A stretch of 64,000 nt of DNA from contig NW_015163130.1 of the NCBI RefSeq assembly GCF_001447785.1, forward strand, positions 354,814-418,813, written 5' to 3'. Below, piece by piece: positions 47,618-59,496 of the stretch. This stretch comes from Gekko japonicus (lineage: Eukaryota). The position numbers and the translations under genes are program-made. The notes beneath the pieces were generated by a model that was not told where the DNA came from, did not search any database, and saw only the letters and a list, made by a program, of their open reading frames with translations. Position 1 is the first letter of the stretch. Every line of letters begins with the position of its first letter.

Positions 47618-48235
47618 CCACCACACTCACCCCACTGTTGTCTCCGCCAAACAGGGCTGGCGGAGTTTTGTATAGCTTCCAAAGCCTGTTTGTCCAGAGA
47701 CAACAGTAGGGAAAAAGAAATGGGCATAAAGCAAGGCTTCCTTAAACCATTTTCATCTGTCTCCAGTCTCGGTGGCTTTAGCCCAGATGCTCTCGGCCTC
47801 CATCCACCCATCTGCAAGAATAAGGACGAATCGTACTGAGCAATAAGAGTTACTGACTGAGAGAATGTTATGCGAAGAGCTTTGAACACCTGAAAAGTGC
47901 TAAATGCTAAGTTGGCAGCGTAAACTGCGTACTTTCCAACTGTGCCTGTAAATAGACACTTAAAAACAAGATCAACAAAAGTTTTCTTTCCTGATCCTTC
48001 TCTTTCTGAAAGGACTGTTGTCTTGGTAATGGGCTTCCAACCTGGACTGATCCTCTTGGAGCCCTCTAAAGGGTACACGTTTCCCAGAGCAGGTGGGAAA
48101 CAGGGGTAGAGAGGTCAGAGTGTTTTCCCCTAAGTAAAATTATTCCCCTCAAAGCTTTACAACCTAAAACTTAATCCTGACAGAATCTGAAGAATTGTGC
48201 ATGCACACCAAAGCTTGTACCCAGAATTAAACTTT

Positions 48236-48681
48236 GGTCCCTGCCACATGGCAGGAAAAAAAACCGGGCAAAGTGCGGCTTTTAAAAGCTGCACCAAAAT
48301 AGAGATGCTGCGGCGGGATCCCACGGATCCCCTGAGCCACGGCGCCGTTGCTCCCCGGCACGATCAAATGCCGGGGAGGAAGCGACAGTCGGGAGGGGGA
48401 GGCTGCCGAACTGTGCATGTCTGAGCATGCGCAGTTCGGCCAGGAGCCGGGGATCCGCCAGCGGAAGGACGCGCCGGCGATCCCACGGCCGGCCTTGATG
48501 CGCCCTTTCCCGAAGAACCACCTAGGTAGGTGGTTTATTTTTGATGCGGGGTTTTGGGTGGAAGGGCCGGATCGGGAACGGGCGCGCCACGCTTCCCAGA
48601 TGTTGCTGTGGGATCGCGGCCGTTTGCTGCACCCCCGATCCGTCCCTCTCCCGGCCCAAAACCTCTCGTGTGACCGGGGCC
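48236..48681. mobile_element. CpG-rich PIF/Harbinger-like MITE nested in a Penelope-like 3' remnant (48186-48720)
   Basis: Imperfect TIRs ggtccctgccacatg / cgtgtgaccggggcc, 3-bp TSD ttt, internal palindrome gccgaactgtgcatg..catgcgcagttcggc. Confidence 0.65.
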
Positions 48682-48779
48682 TTTGTTCATCTTAAAAGGT
48701 GCCACTGGATCCAAACCTTGTTTAACTAGAAAATACAGAGGTTCTCTGGGTCAGCAGAAAGGCAAATCAGGGACTTCAG

Positions 48780-49382
48780 ATCTCCTCTGTCTTGTTGGGG
48801 GTTATACTCCCCCCTTGAAAAGCCAGATTCACAGCATGGGAGTGCTGCTTGACAGAGTGTTCAGAAGTTGCAGCTAGTGCAGAATGCTGAGACTAGACTG
48901 CTGTTCGGGGCCAGCTATCGGGAGCATATATTCCCAAAACTACAGCAATTAACAGTAGCATCTGATCCACTTTTGAGCCCAATTCAAGGTTTTGGTTTTA
49001 ACCTTTAAAGCCATAAACGGCTTGGGACCAGGGTATCTGAAGGGCTGGGAATGAAAATTGCAGGGAGATGCCCTCCTGACCGCCCCAATTAAAGATGCTT
49101 GTTTGTTGGGCCTTTTCCCTGGCAGCCCCACAATCCTGGAGCAGTCTCCCCAGGGAGGTGCAGCTGACCCCTTACTGTCAGTCTTCAGGAAGCAACGGAA
49201 GGCAGTGTTATTCAGGACTGCATTTGATTTCACTTTTATTAGTCGCAATCCTAGCTGGAGTTTTTAAACTGTGACTTTTTGTGGGCTATATACTTGTTTT
49301 TATTGTGCTTTTAAAATAGTGGTTTTTATTATATTGTCCCTTGAGTTTCACAAGGGAGAAAGGCACCTAATAAATAAATAAA
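48780..49382 (+). mobile_element. Degraded L2-clade LINE 3' fragment
   Basis: KLQLVQNAE...AQFKVLVLTFKAINGLGPGYLK and an aataaataaataaat tail. Confidence 0.7.
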
Positions 49383-49849
49383 TGGACAAGGACACATCCT
49401 CTTAGCTCTCCAAAGAGGTTTCTAGCCACAGCTGCAAAAACTCACTTGAAAGTAGAACTTCAGGAAGGTGGGAAACTACTGTCAGTGCAGAAGGAGAAAA
49501 ACGGTAAAGGCTTAACCTGCTGAATGTCTTCCTGCTTTGCAGCTGTTAAAGGCACAGAGCTTGCCAGGAAAAAATGTTGGGAGCCTTCTATGCATGGGCC
49601 TTGAAACTAGTTTTTTTTAAAAAAATTAATGAAAAGAAATATTCCTTTGATAACCTTTTCACCGCCATCACAGCAAATGTATAAGAGAGGAAGTTCAGTT
49701 TTCCTCTTAAAAACCTCCACCCAAGCCACTAGATGGATCGGATAAAAATGATTAATAACCCATAACATGATGATTCAGCCTTCTTGGGAAACAGCCCTTT
49801 TACATCCATCCAAGCTCTATAAATGGCACTTAGGCTGATTGAATGGGTT

Positions 49850-50425
49850 GAGGCCAGAACCAGCGGGTTGAAATTAAATCAGAAGAGCTTTCTGCTAAAC
49901 ATTGGCTGCGTTCAAACACACTAAATAATCTATGACTTTCTAGCTGGATTTTTACTGTATGAAATGGCAAAATCCAATTCAAAAGTGGATTGAAAGTGGA
50001 TTATTTAGTGTGTGTGATCACAGACATTAGGAAGAACTTCCTGACAGAGCAGTTCCTCAGTGGAACAGGTTTCCTCAGGAGGTGGTGGGCTCTCTTTCTT
50101 TGGAGGTTTTCAAACAGAGGCTACATGGCCATCTGACAGCAATGTTGTTTGTGTGAATTTAGGCAGATCATCAGAGGGAGGGCAGGAAGGGTTGCCTCAG
50201 TGCTTAGTTCTTGTGGCCCTTTCTTACATGCCCAGGGAAATGCTGATTGCCACTTCGGTGACAGGAAGCAATTTTTCTCCAAGCCAGTTTGGCCAGGGAT
50301 CCTGAAGGTTTTTTGTTATCTTCTGGGCGTGGAACAGCAGTCACTGTGGGTGTAGAGGAGGAGGTATTTGTGAAGGGGGTTGGACTACATGACCCTGGAG
50401 GTACCTTCCAACTCTATGATTCTAT
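49850..50425 (+). mobile_element. CR1 LINE 3' end with a nested 122-bp MITE (49904-50025, 3-bp TSD att)
   Basis: ctaaac[att-MITE-att]aggaagaacttcctgacag...ccttccaactctatgattctatg; the MITE has long TIRs (cacactaaataatc / gattatttagtgtg). Confidence 0.8.
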
Positions 50426-50722
50426 GATGCCCCCAACACTGGTCAACGTTGTTGAGGTATTTTCACAACAAAGAGGAAGCTGGATGTAAATAAACCAGCA
50501 CACTCTGAACTGTTGGCAGGGTTTGGGAACAGGACCTTTGAACCCAGGACAATTGTACTTCTCCCCTCTACACCAGGAACAGAAGGCTCATCTCTGAGAC
50601 CAGCACTTCAGAGAGCAAGCTACAGTTGAGAAGGGAGGGACCAGCGGGCTATGAACGAGAGATAAAACGACAGAACCCAAAAATAACCCCAAGGACTCAA
50701 CCCTCAATATAAAAATGGTTAT

Positions 50723-50728
50723 TTTATT
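50723..50728 (-). terminator. Candidate DUSP2 poly(A) signal with nearby AU-rich element
   Basis: AATAAA on the minus strand with TATTTATT ~15 nt upstream; implies a ~1.8-kb 3' UTR. Confidence 0.6.
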
Positions 50729-51961
50729 GCAACAGGTGATAATAAATATAAAGTGCAAGAGACATTAAAAATCAATGTCAGTTGATAACAAAATTCTCCT
50801 AATCGCATGAATGTACAAACTGTATATTGCTCGATGGGGGGAGGGAATGACTCTGGGCACAACCCACCAGGAAGTTCCCCTGCACAAGCCTTATTGAAAG
50901 GAGTAGGAACTGGGCAGGAGTCATTCCCAGTGGTTTGTGCCCACTGTTGTCCAAGACAACACCTCGGAGGAAGGAAAGGGAGGTTTTCTTTGGCTGCAAA
51001 AGGTGTTGTCTGTTGTCAGTGCATTCAGAAAAGGAGATTCATCCCTGCAGAACAGGAGGCTGGCTGGTTCTCTCCCCAGGCTCATTCTACTGGCAAGGAA
51101 GGCTGTACAGCACTGGGGCAGCAAATGTTCCTGTCCTGCAGTTCTGGAGGAAGGGGAGACTCTTGCACCCCCCATGCCTCCCTTTTTCACAGCATATATG
51201 AACAACCAATAACTGGTTATAGAGAATGCTTGTTGGTCATTGGCTGACCTACGTAAGGCTGGTGATCAAAGGGCCAAGTGGATGGCACCATGTACTCTAG
51301 TGGGACATCAGTAGTTCAGCGTAGAACTGAATTTCCATGGGCATTTCAACTTGAGCCTGAAGCTGAGGAGGATGGACAAAGAGAGAAGATTACCCTGAAA
51401 ATAGCAGAAAGAAAAATCTCTGCCAACAATTGAGGCCCAGAAGCTGGAAAGACCGGCAGAGGGAAGTGGTCTGCCTCAGTCACTGGTCTGCCAGTTCACC
51501 ATCTCCATGGGTGACATGTTAAAATGTTAGTCTCATGTGAAATAGACTGTGCTGGTACCCCTATTAGCCAAGGACCTTGCTGGATCACCTTCTGCTAGTG
51601 CCATTTTCTCAGACTATTTCACAAAAATATTGGAAAGAGGGAGAAAGATGCTTGCCTTGATTACCTGGAAGAATACTAATAGCCTTTCCTGGCTCTTTTG
51701 CATGCCCTGCTCCCATTTGTTAGACACAACATCATGTGACAACCCGGCAAATTGTTTACTGCTGAACAGCGCTAACCTCCCCAAATAACTCAAGGAGATT
51801 GAGAGTTTGAACCACAGGCTTCACAGTGACACAAAGACACTCTGGCAGAGAGATAAGGAGGATACAGGCACCACCAAGTGCTAGTTTTGGGGTGACACTG
51901 ACATGACAAAAGTACATCCTAACTTGGATTTCTTTTACAACTCCAGTGAGAGAGTTCTGGC

Positions 51962-52165
51962 CAGTGGTCCTTCTAAGCTGAGTTAGTGTGAGCTAGCTCA
52001 GTTTTTTAGCCTCCGACTCACACTTTTTTGTCTTAGCTCAGGAAGGATGGCTCCAGAGCAAACTAATTTATGCAGTAGCCAAATCGCTCGCTCACAACTT
52101 TAATGCCAGTAGCTCACAAAGTAGGATTTCTGCTCACAGGACTCCACAGCTTAGAGGGAGCATTG
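51962..52165. mobile_element. hAT MITE (same family as 32451) in the predicted DUSP2 3' UTR
   Basis: cagtggtccttctaagctg...cagcttagagggagcattg flanked by the 8-bp TSD gttctggc. Confidence 0.9.
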
Positions 52166-52504
52166 GTTCTGGCCTTACAATGATTCACCAATGGAGGAAC
52201 TGGGACGGCTCACCCTCCACCCTGTCTAACCCACCCTCCACCGCCCTTATCCAAGATATTTATTGTGCAATAAGCAGGTTAAGAGCAGGGCAGTTTAAAA
52301 CAACCAAGAGAGAAAGTCTTGTCTGGCTGCAGAAGGGATTCCCCTCCCCAAAGGGATCCTCCAGCGTCATTTAGTGCAATCAAGAAGTGCTATTGTCCTG
52401 GGATGTAAACAGAAACAGGCATCTCAGTCTCTCTGTCCTTGGAAGGAGGGCTGCCCACCCCCTTCCTATCAACTGGCTCTGCAGGTGATAAAGAGGCCAC
52501 GGAG

Positions 52505-52719
52505 CTAATGGCACAGCACCTCCGTCTCAAACTGCAAAAGCTGCCCCATGAAGCCAAAATTGGGTGAGATGACCCCACGGCGCTGCTTGACGAAGTCGAA
52601 GGCTTCCTCCAGGCGCACCCGGCGGCTCTGGATCAAGTAGGCAAGGCAGATGGTGGCGGAGCGGGAGATGCCAGCTTGGCAGTGGACCAGCACTCGCCCA
52701 CCACTGTTTTTGACTGAAT
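52505..52719 (-). CDS. DUSP2: Dual specificity phosphatase 2, exon 4 (catalytic loop)
   Basis: DSVKNSGGRVLVHCQAGISRSATICLAYLI...ISPNFGFMGQLLQFETEVLCH*; acceptor ttcctgtag|. Confidence 0.97.
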
Positions 52720-53651
52720 CTACAGGAAAAAGAAAGAAAGAACAGTTACTTTATGTCTCCAAGAGCAGAGGCTCAACTGCCAGCAGCAACCATAGACTGG
52801 AACATACCCTAGACATTTCTATTGCCTTTCAAAGATATGATACATGGCAGGGAAGTGTTTATGGGTTTAGTGGACCCATTTAGCACTCCTCATCCCAACA
52901 GGTGCTGATCATACAGGAACTGTGGGGCATCAGACCCCTTCTTGTGCCACATTTACCCCTCAGGAAGGACATCCCACATCTGGACCAGACTATGCTATCT
53001 AGCACAACATTTTGTTTTGAGCAGCCAGGTGTCCGTAAGAAAGTCTCCAGCTAGATAAGTAGGCAGTCACTTCTTTGATTGCACCCAAAGATATACTGCT
53101 TCTGTATATGAAGGTTCCATTTAGTTATCACAGCTAACTGCTGTCAAGTCATATCCTCCATAAATTGCCCTCATCCCTTTTAAAGGAACACTATGTCGTC
53201 TAGGAGCATGGGAATCCCAAAAGCAGTCGCTAACCAAATGACTTTGTGTAAAGTTTCAGCCCACAAAGTAGTGTCAAGTGGTACAGCAGTAAGGTACTGA
53301 GTTGATCCATCTACATAGTGTCTTGTTTAAGAATATATATTTGGGTTTCTTGACATATCAAATGTCACAGCATTAACAATATTTGGATTTTATATTGAGT
53401 ATCTGCTACAGAAATCAGCAAGATTTCTAAGTTTTGCAAGCTCTTTTCTACCACTGAAAGATATAACATGAAACGGATATGAATAACTGTCCTATCACAC
53501 TTTTACATCTAATGGGTGGCAAAATAATACCTGGCAGGATGATGCAAGTGCTCTTGACGCCCTGCTAGAATGGTCTGGTTGTCTACATTGGCTCATAAAG
53601 GCCTTATGCTCCTTTACAACCTAAAAAGGCTGGCAGAAAACAAGCACCTAC

Positions 53652-53871
53652 CAATGAAGCTGATGGCTTCCTGGAACCAAACGCTGATCTCAGCCATGTG
53701 GCTGTCCTCCACTGGGATACTCTTGTAGAGAAATTGTCCTTCGAAGTGGTTGGGGCAGCTGGAGGACACATTGAGCACGGCAGTGATTCCCAGGGACTCC
53801 AGAACCTCCCTGTTGGAGGAGTGATAGCAGCTGCCCAGGTACAGGAAGGGGAGAATCTCTACTGGCCCACC
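53652..53871 (-). CDS. DUSP2: DUSP2 exon 3
   Basis: GGPVEILPFLYLGS...IPVED...ISVWFQEAISFI; acceptor ttgcag|, donor |gtaggt; 220 nt. Confidence 0.97.
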
Positions 53872-54714
53872 CTGCAAAAGAAAAAGAGAGGACCCATTAG
53901 ACTTCTTTGCACCGTGCCGAAATGATTAGCGGGGAGCAAGGTTAATGGGGGGGGGGAGATATCCCACTCTTGTCACTGGAGTCAGCTAGATGCTTCCCAG
54001 ATGGCAGCACATTATAGGAGTTACAAGTGGGACAGACCTTCCCCTCACAAGGGATATGCACTATGATACATCCTTTTCTCTCTGCCTAGCTTCCCATAAG
54101 TTCCAGTAGGTGCATTTGAAATAGAAGGGAGAGATTAAGACCCTGGGTTCAAATCCAACCTCACGTACTGATGATTGAAGATGTTGCACGGATCACTATG
54201 GACTGCAAGGTTTACGTAGGCAATCAATTGACTTACTAAAATATTCACTGATTAATTGGTGGAGTTGGAATTAAGAGTGCTCTTGCTTATTTTGAGAGTA
54301 TTTTAGTTCTGGTATATCATTGGAATGGGAATGAAACACACAGCACTGGGTTTTTTAAACTGTAAGTTTATGCTCTTCTTTAGACATCTCCAAAAGTCAG
54401 CTATACTGAATCAGAGAATATATAAGGGTAGATAATTGTTATTCGCTCTAAATCTCTGGGACAGGGTGGCCAACACAGCTCTAAAATACCCCTTTATTCC
54501 ACCTCAACTATCTTTTGTCTCACAAGTAGCAATTTTACTGTGGTTATTGATGGAACAAAGATTAGACTGTTCAATTAAATAAAAGCATGGGATATTAATT
54601 GTTTTAAGTAGCTGTTCTGGGGACTGTGTATATGGGGAGGTGTTCATAAGTGTCATAAGGTACCACCTCTTTGGCCCCTCAAATACACACACAGGTCACA
54701 TTCTGAGAACTCAC

Positions 54715-54842
54715 CTGGTCATACAGGGGAGTGATTGCTTCATTGCTGTTGTCTTCAGGGCTTCTCAGAGCAGGTGAAGGAGTTGACATCGGAGTCTCAG
54801 AGCAGAGTTCTGGGAAATTGGCTTGGAAATTCTCAAAACCAC
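54715..54842 (-). CDS. DUSP2: DUSP2 exon 2
   Basis: GGFENFQANFPELCSE...TPLYDQ; acceptor cttctag|, donor |gtgagt; 128 nt. Confidence 0.95.
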
Positions 54843-56183
54843 CTAGAAGACACAAGTTGGAAGAAGATGGCCTGTTAGCACATTTCACCAGGTGGAAATG
54901 ATACAAGCAGTATCCCAGGGTGTTGGTAACACTTGTACTTGGCTAGTAAGAGCAAGGAAGGATTTTGAGATTCATCCGAGGAACCTTCTAGGCCTTTCCG
55001 TCCATAGAATAGATTTCATAGTTGCTAATAACCCATTACCAGAAGGCAACCCATCCCTAGTAATACTAATGTTACTCTATTGCTAAATCCTGCTGTCAGT
55101 ACTTGTGGCAGGAGACAGTGGTATGTTATGTAAGGAGATGGACCAAGGATGAGGTTTTAGGATGCCAGTGTTTGTAGTGCCTTTGCCTTTCTTGAAGCTG
55201 GGTGTTCAGTCTAATGAATATGCTATTGTGGAGAGAGATACTGTAAATTTATGAATCCATTATTGGAAGGGTAGACATTTAGGAGACAGAAGACATATCC
55301 ACATTAGCAATTTTACTCCTGGAACAGCAACTGAACATGCCTCACAGAAGGGAATCTCTATTTTTCCTACTAGTGATTCCATGTTAAATTAAATGTTGTT
55401 ATTGCTACAATATTCAGGATTAGCTTTAAGCATCCCAGAAAGTCAGTGATAAAAGTTCAGCAGAGGTGTGTGCACGTGTGTGCAAGTAAAAGGCCAGCTG
55501 TGTTCCACTTCCTAAATTTCTTCCCATCTACCAATTTAAGATGTTGCTGAGTTTAAAGGAGACTTGTATACATACTTGGTATCACTTAGTTAAATTATAT
55601 AGACCTAATTTTTTTAAAAAAAGAAAGTACACATGTATTTTAAAAGTGAAATTTAAAAATTATTCTGAAAAAACACCCAAAACAAATCTGATAATCTTCC
55701 ACTTGTAAGATGAACACTTTTTTTGGAAAAACTGTTTCCATACTGGGTGCTGTTGCAGGTTGGTGTGGTCAAAATGTCCACACAATGGCCTGCTGGGTAA
55801 TTGACTGCAGCTAGGAGGAGAGGCAGCTGCTATCCAAGGATTCACTGTGCCCCTTGGCAGAACAGAGTTGGGGATGATATTGTATAATTCTCCCTCAATG
55901 TAGCCAGTACTATTCTCTCAGGAGGGCCTGTCTGCTTTCTTCCTCCAAGCCCCAGCTCAGGGCCAGGAAGCTAATCCTTTTTGTTCTTACAGTCAGTCCA
56001 TATCAAGCTCAAACCACTGCCAGCATCCCAGCTGTATGGGCCTAGGGGCAGAGACTTCCTTTGTTTTACTGATGCTGCTCAGCAAAGCACTATATGCCTT
56101 GATGGGTGCTCTATGCTGCTGCTACTTCTACATGGGGTAGGGTGGTTACAACCTCCCTGGCCACTGGCAAGGGTCAGAGAGTG

Positions 56184-56382
56184 TAGGGTGGCCAGCTCCA
56201 GGTTGGAAGACTCCTAGAGATTTGGGGATGGAGCCTGGGGAAGACAGGGACCACAGTGGGGTACAATGCCATAGAGTCCACCCTCCAAAGCCGTTTTCTC
56301 CAGGGGCACTGATCTCTGTGGCCTGGAGATGAGCTGTAATTCCAGGGGATCCCCAGGTCCCACCTGGAGCCTGGCATCCCTA
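56184..56382. mobile_element. TAGGGTTGCC-family MITE 20 nt from the DUSP2 exon 1 donor
   Basis: tagggtggccagctccagg...ctggcatcccta. Confidence 0.8.
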
Positions 56383-56402
56383 AGAGGAGAGCATCTTTTT
56401 AC

Positions 56403-56790
56403 CTTTGAGCAGGTAAATGCGCGAGGTCCCAGATCTGTCTTCCAACAGCAGCGCGTTCAGGAGCAACCTAGCCAAGCTGTCCGGCCGTAGCGCCGCCACC
56501 GAGCCGCTGGCCTCGTCCAGCACCACCAAGTGGGTCAGTTCTCCCTTGCGGAGCCTCCCCAACAGCGCCCTGTCGGGCACCAGCCAATCCAGGCTAACTC
56601 CGGTCCTGCCACGGGACCTGCGCCGGAGCAGCCCGTTCCAATGCACGGGCCGCGAGTCCACCAGGTGCGCCTGGCAGAAAGCGAGGAAGGGCCGGCAGTC
56701 CAGCACCAGCGTGCGGCCGCTTTCCTGGGGATCTCGCAGCAGATGGGCCAGGCTGGAACTCTCCAGGGGCAGCACCTCCTCGATCACCAT
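56403..56790 (-). CDS. DUSP2: DUSP2 exon 1 (rhodanese / kinase-interaction domain)
   Basis: GCCATGG start; MVIEEV...LVLDCRPFLAF...WNGLLRRRSRG (KIM)...VVLDE...IYLLKG; donor AAG|GTAAAA. Spliced CDS is 951 nt, 316 aa. Confidence 0.96.
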
Positions 56791-57230
56791 GGCTGGGGCG
56801 GGGCAATCCGAATCCGCGAAGAAGAAGAAGACGCGGCACAAAAACGGAGCAGCAGGCGCACGCTCTTGCGCAATGGCACCGGGCGCCCTCTCACTCTCAG
56901 CTCCTTTGGTTTGCTGCCGAGGTCGGCGCGGGCGCTTAAATACGCCGCCGATCCCAAACCGTGCGTAGGCCCGCCCCGGCAGCCCAGAGATGGAGGTGTG
57001 CGTCACCAAGGAACTCCCTTGTTTGGGCACGGCCCACTCACGTGTGGGGAGCTCCGCCGATCTCCGGCCGCCAAAGGGCTGTGCGAGTCCGGCTGGGAGA
57101 AGTCGACCGACCGCCTTATCAGGATGGGCCCATCTGGGTGGGAATGTTTACGTCCTCATTTGGAGCTGCGCGGCCCACACCTATAAATATATGGCTCCGC
57201 TTCGGAGATTCAAGTAGATGTGCGTGAGGG
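56791..57230 (-). promoter_or_regulatory. DUSP2 CpG-island promoter / 5' UTR
   Basis: TATTTAA on the minus strand at ~56936-56942, TGCGTCA CRE-like site at ~56999, CACGTG at 57039, several CArG-like 10-mers and CTATAAATA at 57181. Confidence 0.7.
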
Positions 57231-57502
57231 TTTGGGACGGTGTTTTTTTCTTGGGGACTGTGGGGTTGTGGAGCGGTGTTTTTTGTGGGGGGGGGGGGGG
57301 GAATACGTGTACTACCTGTGCGTGCATAAGGGAATTACAGGGTTAGAATCGCCCCGCAGAGAGGCCGAGCTGTTCACCCCACTCATTATCAGTCCTTAGA
57401 TAGATGAAGCAGCGCCTGACCCCTAGCAAGGCATGCGGGGGAGCCGGATGTGCTGCAGAGAAGGGCATTTGGGGGCTGAATACAGGCTTGCGAGTGTGCT
57501 TG

Positions 57503-57745
57503 TTGAGGTATTCTCTTCAGATGTGCCAGTGCTTAAAACATTCACAGCTGAATCCTAAGCAAAGCTACACCCTTCTATGTCCATCAAAGTCAAACGTGTT
57601 CTTTGCCTGCTGAGGTATTCTCTTCAGATCAGCCAGGCCTTAAAATAAAACATTCACAGCTGAATCCTAAGCAAAGCTACACCCTTCTATGTCCATCAAA
57701 GTCAAACGTGTTTAGAAGGGTGTAACTCTGCTTTGGATAGCACCA
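57503..57745. repeat. ~108-bp tandem duplication overlapping a small palindromic MITE
   Basis: tgaggtattctcttcagat...gtccatcaaagtcaaacgtgtt occurs twice; the second copy continues into the inverted arm agaagggtgtaactctgctt. Confidence 0.8.
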
Positions 57746-58239
57746 CAGGTGGAAAATCTTCTGTCCAAATTGGCTTTTGTGTGTCTGCAGGGTCAAATTA
57801 TGCTTTCTTGTGCCAAGTTCAATGAGGACAGCAATAAGATTATAATTCAGACAACATTTATTTAGATATTTATGCCAATTTTTCTCTCCAATGGGAACAC
57901 AAAGTAACTTACAACACTGGTTTCACCTTTGTACCATTTGCGAATTGTGTGTATGCAACTGTTATCCTGAAATGGTTTTCTCCTATTCGCTCTGAATTTT
58001 TTTGTGTAATTTCTATTCAGGATGAAGCCACAATTTTGACATTTCCAAAAAGGTAGGCTTCTCAGGTCTGAAGTTAAATGTCTTACTCAAGAATGTTTCG
58101 GGAGTATTGTTCCTGCCCACCCATTCCCAGTGAACCCATCTGAAGCGCCATTTTGGAGGTTGTATTCCCCTGTTCTTATTTATGAATCAGAAAACAGATC
58201 AAGAGACAGTCCCATTCTGTTAACATTTTAGGGTTTACC

Positions 58240-58517
58240 CAGGGCCGGATTTAGACTTGCTGAGGCCCTAAGCTATACAAAACCCAGAGGCCCCCTACTG
58301 TTTTAAATTACATCAGCTGGTCTCAGAAAAAATTAAAATATATACGCCTTTTTAATATTTGAAAATATATTGTATTTTAATTTTTATTAAAAATAATAAA
58401 GGATGTGTTTACATAATCACAGAAATAATTACATAATTTAAAATGACAAATAAGGCTCCAGCAGATTGCGAGGCCCTAAACTGTAGCTTATTTAGCTTAT
58501 GCATAAATCCGGCACTG
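58240..58517. mobile_element. hAT non-autonomous element with exact 8-bp TSD
   Basis: cagggccggattta...taaatccggcactg flanked by ggtttacc. Confidence 0.9.
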
Positions 58518-59478
58518 GGTTTACCTGTGCCTAAAATGTTTGATTCTTCTTAAGTGCCCTATGGCAAATCATAATGCTTTGAGTTCCTTGCAGATTTAGG
58601 GTAAGACCTTTACCGAGGGGAAGTATATCCAGCCCTGGCCCTGGTCTCTCTCGTATTGTGAGAACCAGACTTTAAAAGCTTGCTGTATGCATTTGCCCCT
58701 GGGATACAAAACATCTGAAGGGGATGGCATAGCTGTCTTAAATAATCTTGGTAAGACATAAAAACTTCTTCTTTTACACATGACTGGAGTACCAAGGGCC
58801 CGTTTACCTGTGTGAATGGGCAACGTCACAGAGAGAACTTCCATATACCCTCCTGTGGACTCAAAACCAATACATTTCAAGAGAGCTGGTTCAATCGCCA
58901 GTCACCAAAGGTACAAGTAAATAGAAATCAAGTATTGGGGTAAGGACAGAAATCGATCCTTTAAGCGCCATCTGGAATAATTGTAGAGCTTATTGTTTTA
59001 ACAGTTTTAACCCTACTTGTAACTGTTTATATTTAAATGTTGTTCACCGCCCTGAGCCCTGCATGCACGGGAGGGCGGTCTAAAAATCAAATCAAACAAT
59101 TTTTTTTTAAAAAAATAGTGTACATGCATGTATGGATCACCTTTTAGTTTAACCATTTTCCTTGTTACAGCCATCAAGTGGCAAGTGAATCTGGTTATAT
59201 AGTCCTGTATTTTTTCTCATTTACTGAAACAAGCTGTTCTGAGCAAAGGAAATTGACCCTGTTCATGATACATCACAATGAGGTTCCATTTTGTATCCCA
59301 CCATATCATGATCATACAACCATTATGCCATGAGGCTGGTACATCCCATATGCCAGCTGTCTGCTTTTTTCACACATCTTGTAGCAAAACCAACACGTGT
59401 AGGTCTCATGGGAAGAAAGCATTAGCTATATACACACGTCATTAAGAGGAACTGGCACAAAGTATAAATCTCACCTCC

Positions 59479-59496
59479 ACCCAGCAGGTGGCGATA
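59479..59496 (+). promoter_or_regulatory. Candidate CTCF site upstream of DUSP2
   Basis: ACCCAGCAGGTGGCGATA. Confidence 0.5.

Noticed and set aside
56791-57030. N-terminal extension of the DUSP2 ORF 56380-57030
   Set aside because: It starts at a non-ATG codon upstream of the TATA-like box; homology begins at ATG 56790.
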